Assembly: GCA_934162555.1 (NCBI GenBank)
Contig: CAKPJE010000002.1
Span: 1-33,781, forward strand
Reading direction: 5' to 3'
From: an uncultured Bacilli bacterium
GTDB taxonomy: Bacteria; Bacillota_I; Bacilli_A; RF39; UBA660
Length of the DNA stretch: 33,781 bases
Shown here: positions 32,711 to 33,781 of the stretch, one piece after another
How positions within the stretch are numbered: the first letter of the stretch is position 1
Layout of the letters: every line of letters starts with the position of its first letter
Notes under the pieces: generated by a model
What the model saw: the letters and a program-made list of their open reading frames with translations, nothing else
The model's database searches: none
What the model was told of the DNA's origin: nothing
Made by a program: the position numbers and the translations under genes

Positions 32711-33781
32711 ATGGACAAAATATTATTAAAAGCATTAAATGATGAAAGGAAAAGACAAAAACACAACATTGAACTAATAGCATCTGAAAATTTTGTATCA
32801 AAAGATGTCTTAAAATTACAAGGAAGCATATTAACCAATAAATACGCTGAAGGATACCCAGGAAAAAGGTACTACGGAGGATGTGAATATATTGATGTAT
32901 TTGAAACAAAAGCTATCGAATACGCAACAAAATTATTTAACTGCCAATATGCAAATGTACAACCACACAGCGGATCATCCGCTAATATGGCTGTATATAA
33001 AGCATTATTAAAACCAGGCGATAAAGTCATGGGAATGGCCCTAAGTGAAGGAGGGCATTTAACACACGGTTATAAAATTAACTTTAGTGGAATCGAATAC
33101 GAAAGTATCTCATACGGACTAAATCCAAAAACAGAAATGCTTGACTATGATGCCATAATAGAACAAGCCAAAAAAGAAAAACCAAAAATGATAATCGCTG
33201 GCGCCAGCGCTTACTCAAGAACAATTGACTTCGAAAAATTCAGAGAAGCAGCAGACACTTGTGGAGCATACCTAATGGTAGACATGGCCCATATAGCAGG
33301 ATTAGTAGCAGCAGGTTTGCACCCATCACCATTCCCTTATGCTGATGTAGTTACAACAACAACCCATAAAACCCTAAGAGGACCACGTGGAGGAATGATA
33401 TTAACAAACGACGAAGAATTAGCAAAAAAAATAGACAAAATAATATTCCCAGGAATTCAAGGTGGACCATTAATGCATGTAATTGGTGCCAAAGCAGAAT
33501 GTTTTTATGAAGCATTGCAACCAGAATTTAAAGAATATCAAAAAAGAGTCATAAAAAATATAAAAGCTCTTGCCAAAAAACTTGAACAAGAAGGATTTAG
33601 AATAGTAAGTGGTGGAACAGATAACCATTTAATATTAGTTGATATAAAATCTAGCATAGGAATAACAGGAAAAGAAGCCGAAAAAATACTAGATTCAATC
33701 AATATAACATGTAATAAAAATACTATCCCAAATGATACCGAATCACCATTTAAAACAAGTGGTATAAGACTAGGAAGTCCA
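32711..33781 (+). CDS. glyA: Serine hydroxymethyltransferase, N-terminal 357 codons (3' end outside window; not in the ORF track because it has no stop)
   Basis: Hand translation gives [65 protein letters not shown]...[15 protein letters not shown] (PLP-lysine motif)...[20 protein letters not shown] upstream. Confidence 0.95.
   Translation, partial: MDKILLKALNDERKRQKHNIELIASENFVSKDVLKLQGSILTNKYAEGYPGKRYYGGCEYIDVFETKAIEYATKLFNCQYANVQPHSGSSANMAVYKALLKPGDKVMGMALSEGGHLTHGYKINFSGIEYESISYGLNPKTEMLDYDAIIEQAKKEKPKMIIAGASAYSRTIDFEKFREAADTCGAYLMVDMAHIAGLVAAGLHPSPFPYADVVTTTTHKTLRGPRGGMILTNDEELAKKIDKIIFPGIQGGPLMHVIGAKAECFYEALQPEFKEYQKRVIKNIKALAKKLEQEGFRIVSGGTDNHLILVDIKSSIGITGKEAEKILDSINITCNKNTIPNDTESPFKTSGIRLGSP

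Noticed and set aside
1-33781. Mobile element, prophage or defence island.
   Set aside because: I could recognise no transposase, integrase, recombinase, phage structural gene, toxin-antitoxin pair, restriction-modification gene or terminal inverted repeats. The only large repeat is the tandem gene duplication.

Overview
This is a very AT-rich chromosomal segment (about 25-30 % GC by eye, standard code 11) from an endospore-forming Firmicute. All calls rest on reading the supplied translations and the DNA; no database search was possible.

Conserved genes:
- 3' end of tex, a DUF45/YgjP HExxH hydrolase, a small Cse60-like ORF that is absent from the ORF track, and a SpoVB/MurJ-like flippase.
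- A gerA-type germinant-receptor operon on the minus strand, in the order A-C-B.
- The str operon rpsL-rpsG-fusA-tuf, with a clear extended -10 promoter and a terminator.
- A tightly packed four-gene unit: TasA/CalY-like secreted protein, hemolysin-III, and two PlsC acyltransferases.
- An Amidase_3 cell-wall amidase and a GNAT acetyltransferase.
- A SPOR-like gene followed by radC-mreC-mreD-spoIVFA-spoIVFB.
- The 5' part of glyA.

Accessory content, which is the more interesting part:
- Three paralogous DUF285/BspA-type leucine-rich-repeat surface-protein genes. Two of them form a 2.15-kb head-to-tail duplication with mosaic identity blocks.
- All three carry an N-terminal module that also occurs as the stand-alone TasA/CalY-like gene just downstream of tuf. 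That gene has a SipW-type signal peptide.
- A kinase-less multi-PASTA membrane protein.
- A Gly/Pro/His-rich protein with perfect 21-bp tandem repeats and a CxxC pair.
- A small cluster of a membrane-anchored XRE regulator, a secreted protein and a membrane protein.

I saw no rRNA, tRNA, CRISPR array, transposase, integrase or reverse transcriptase.
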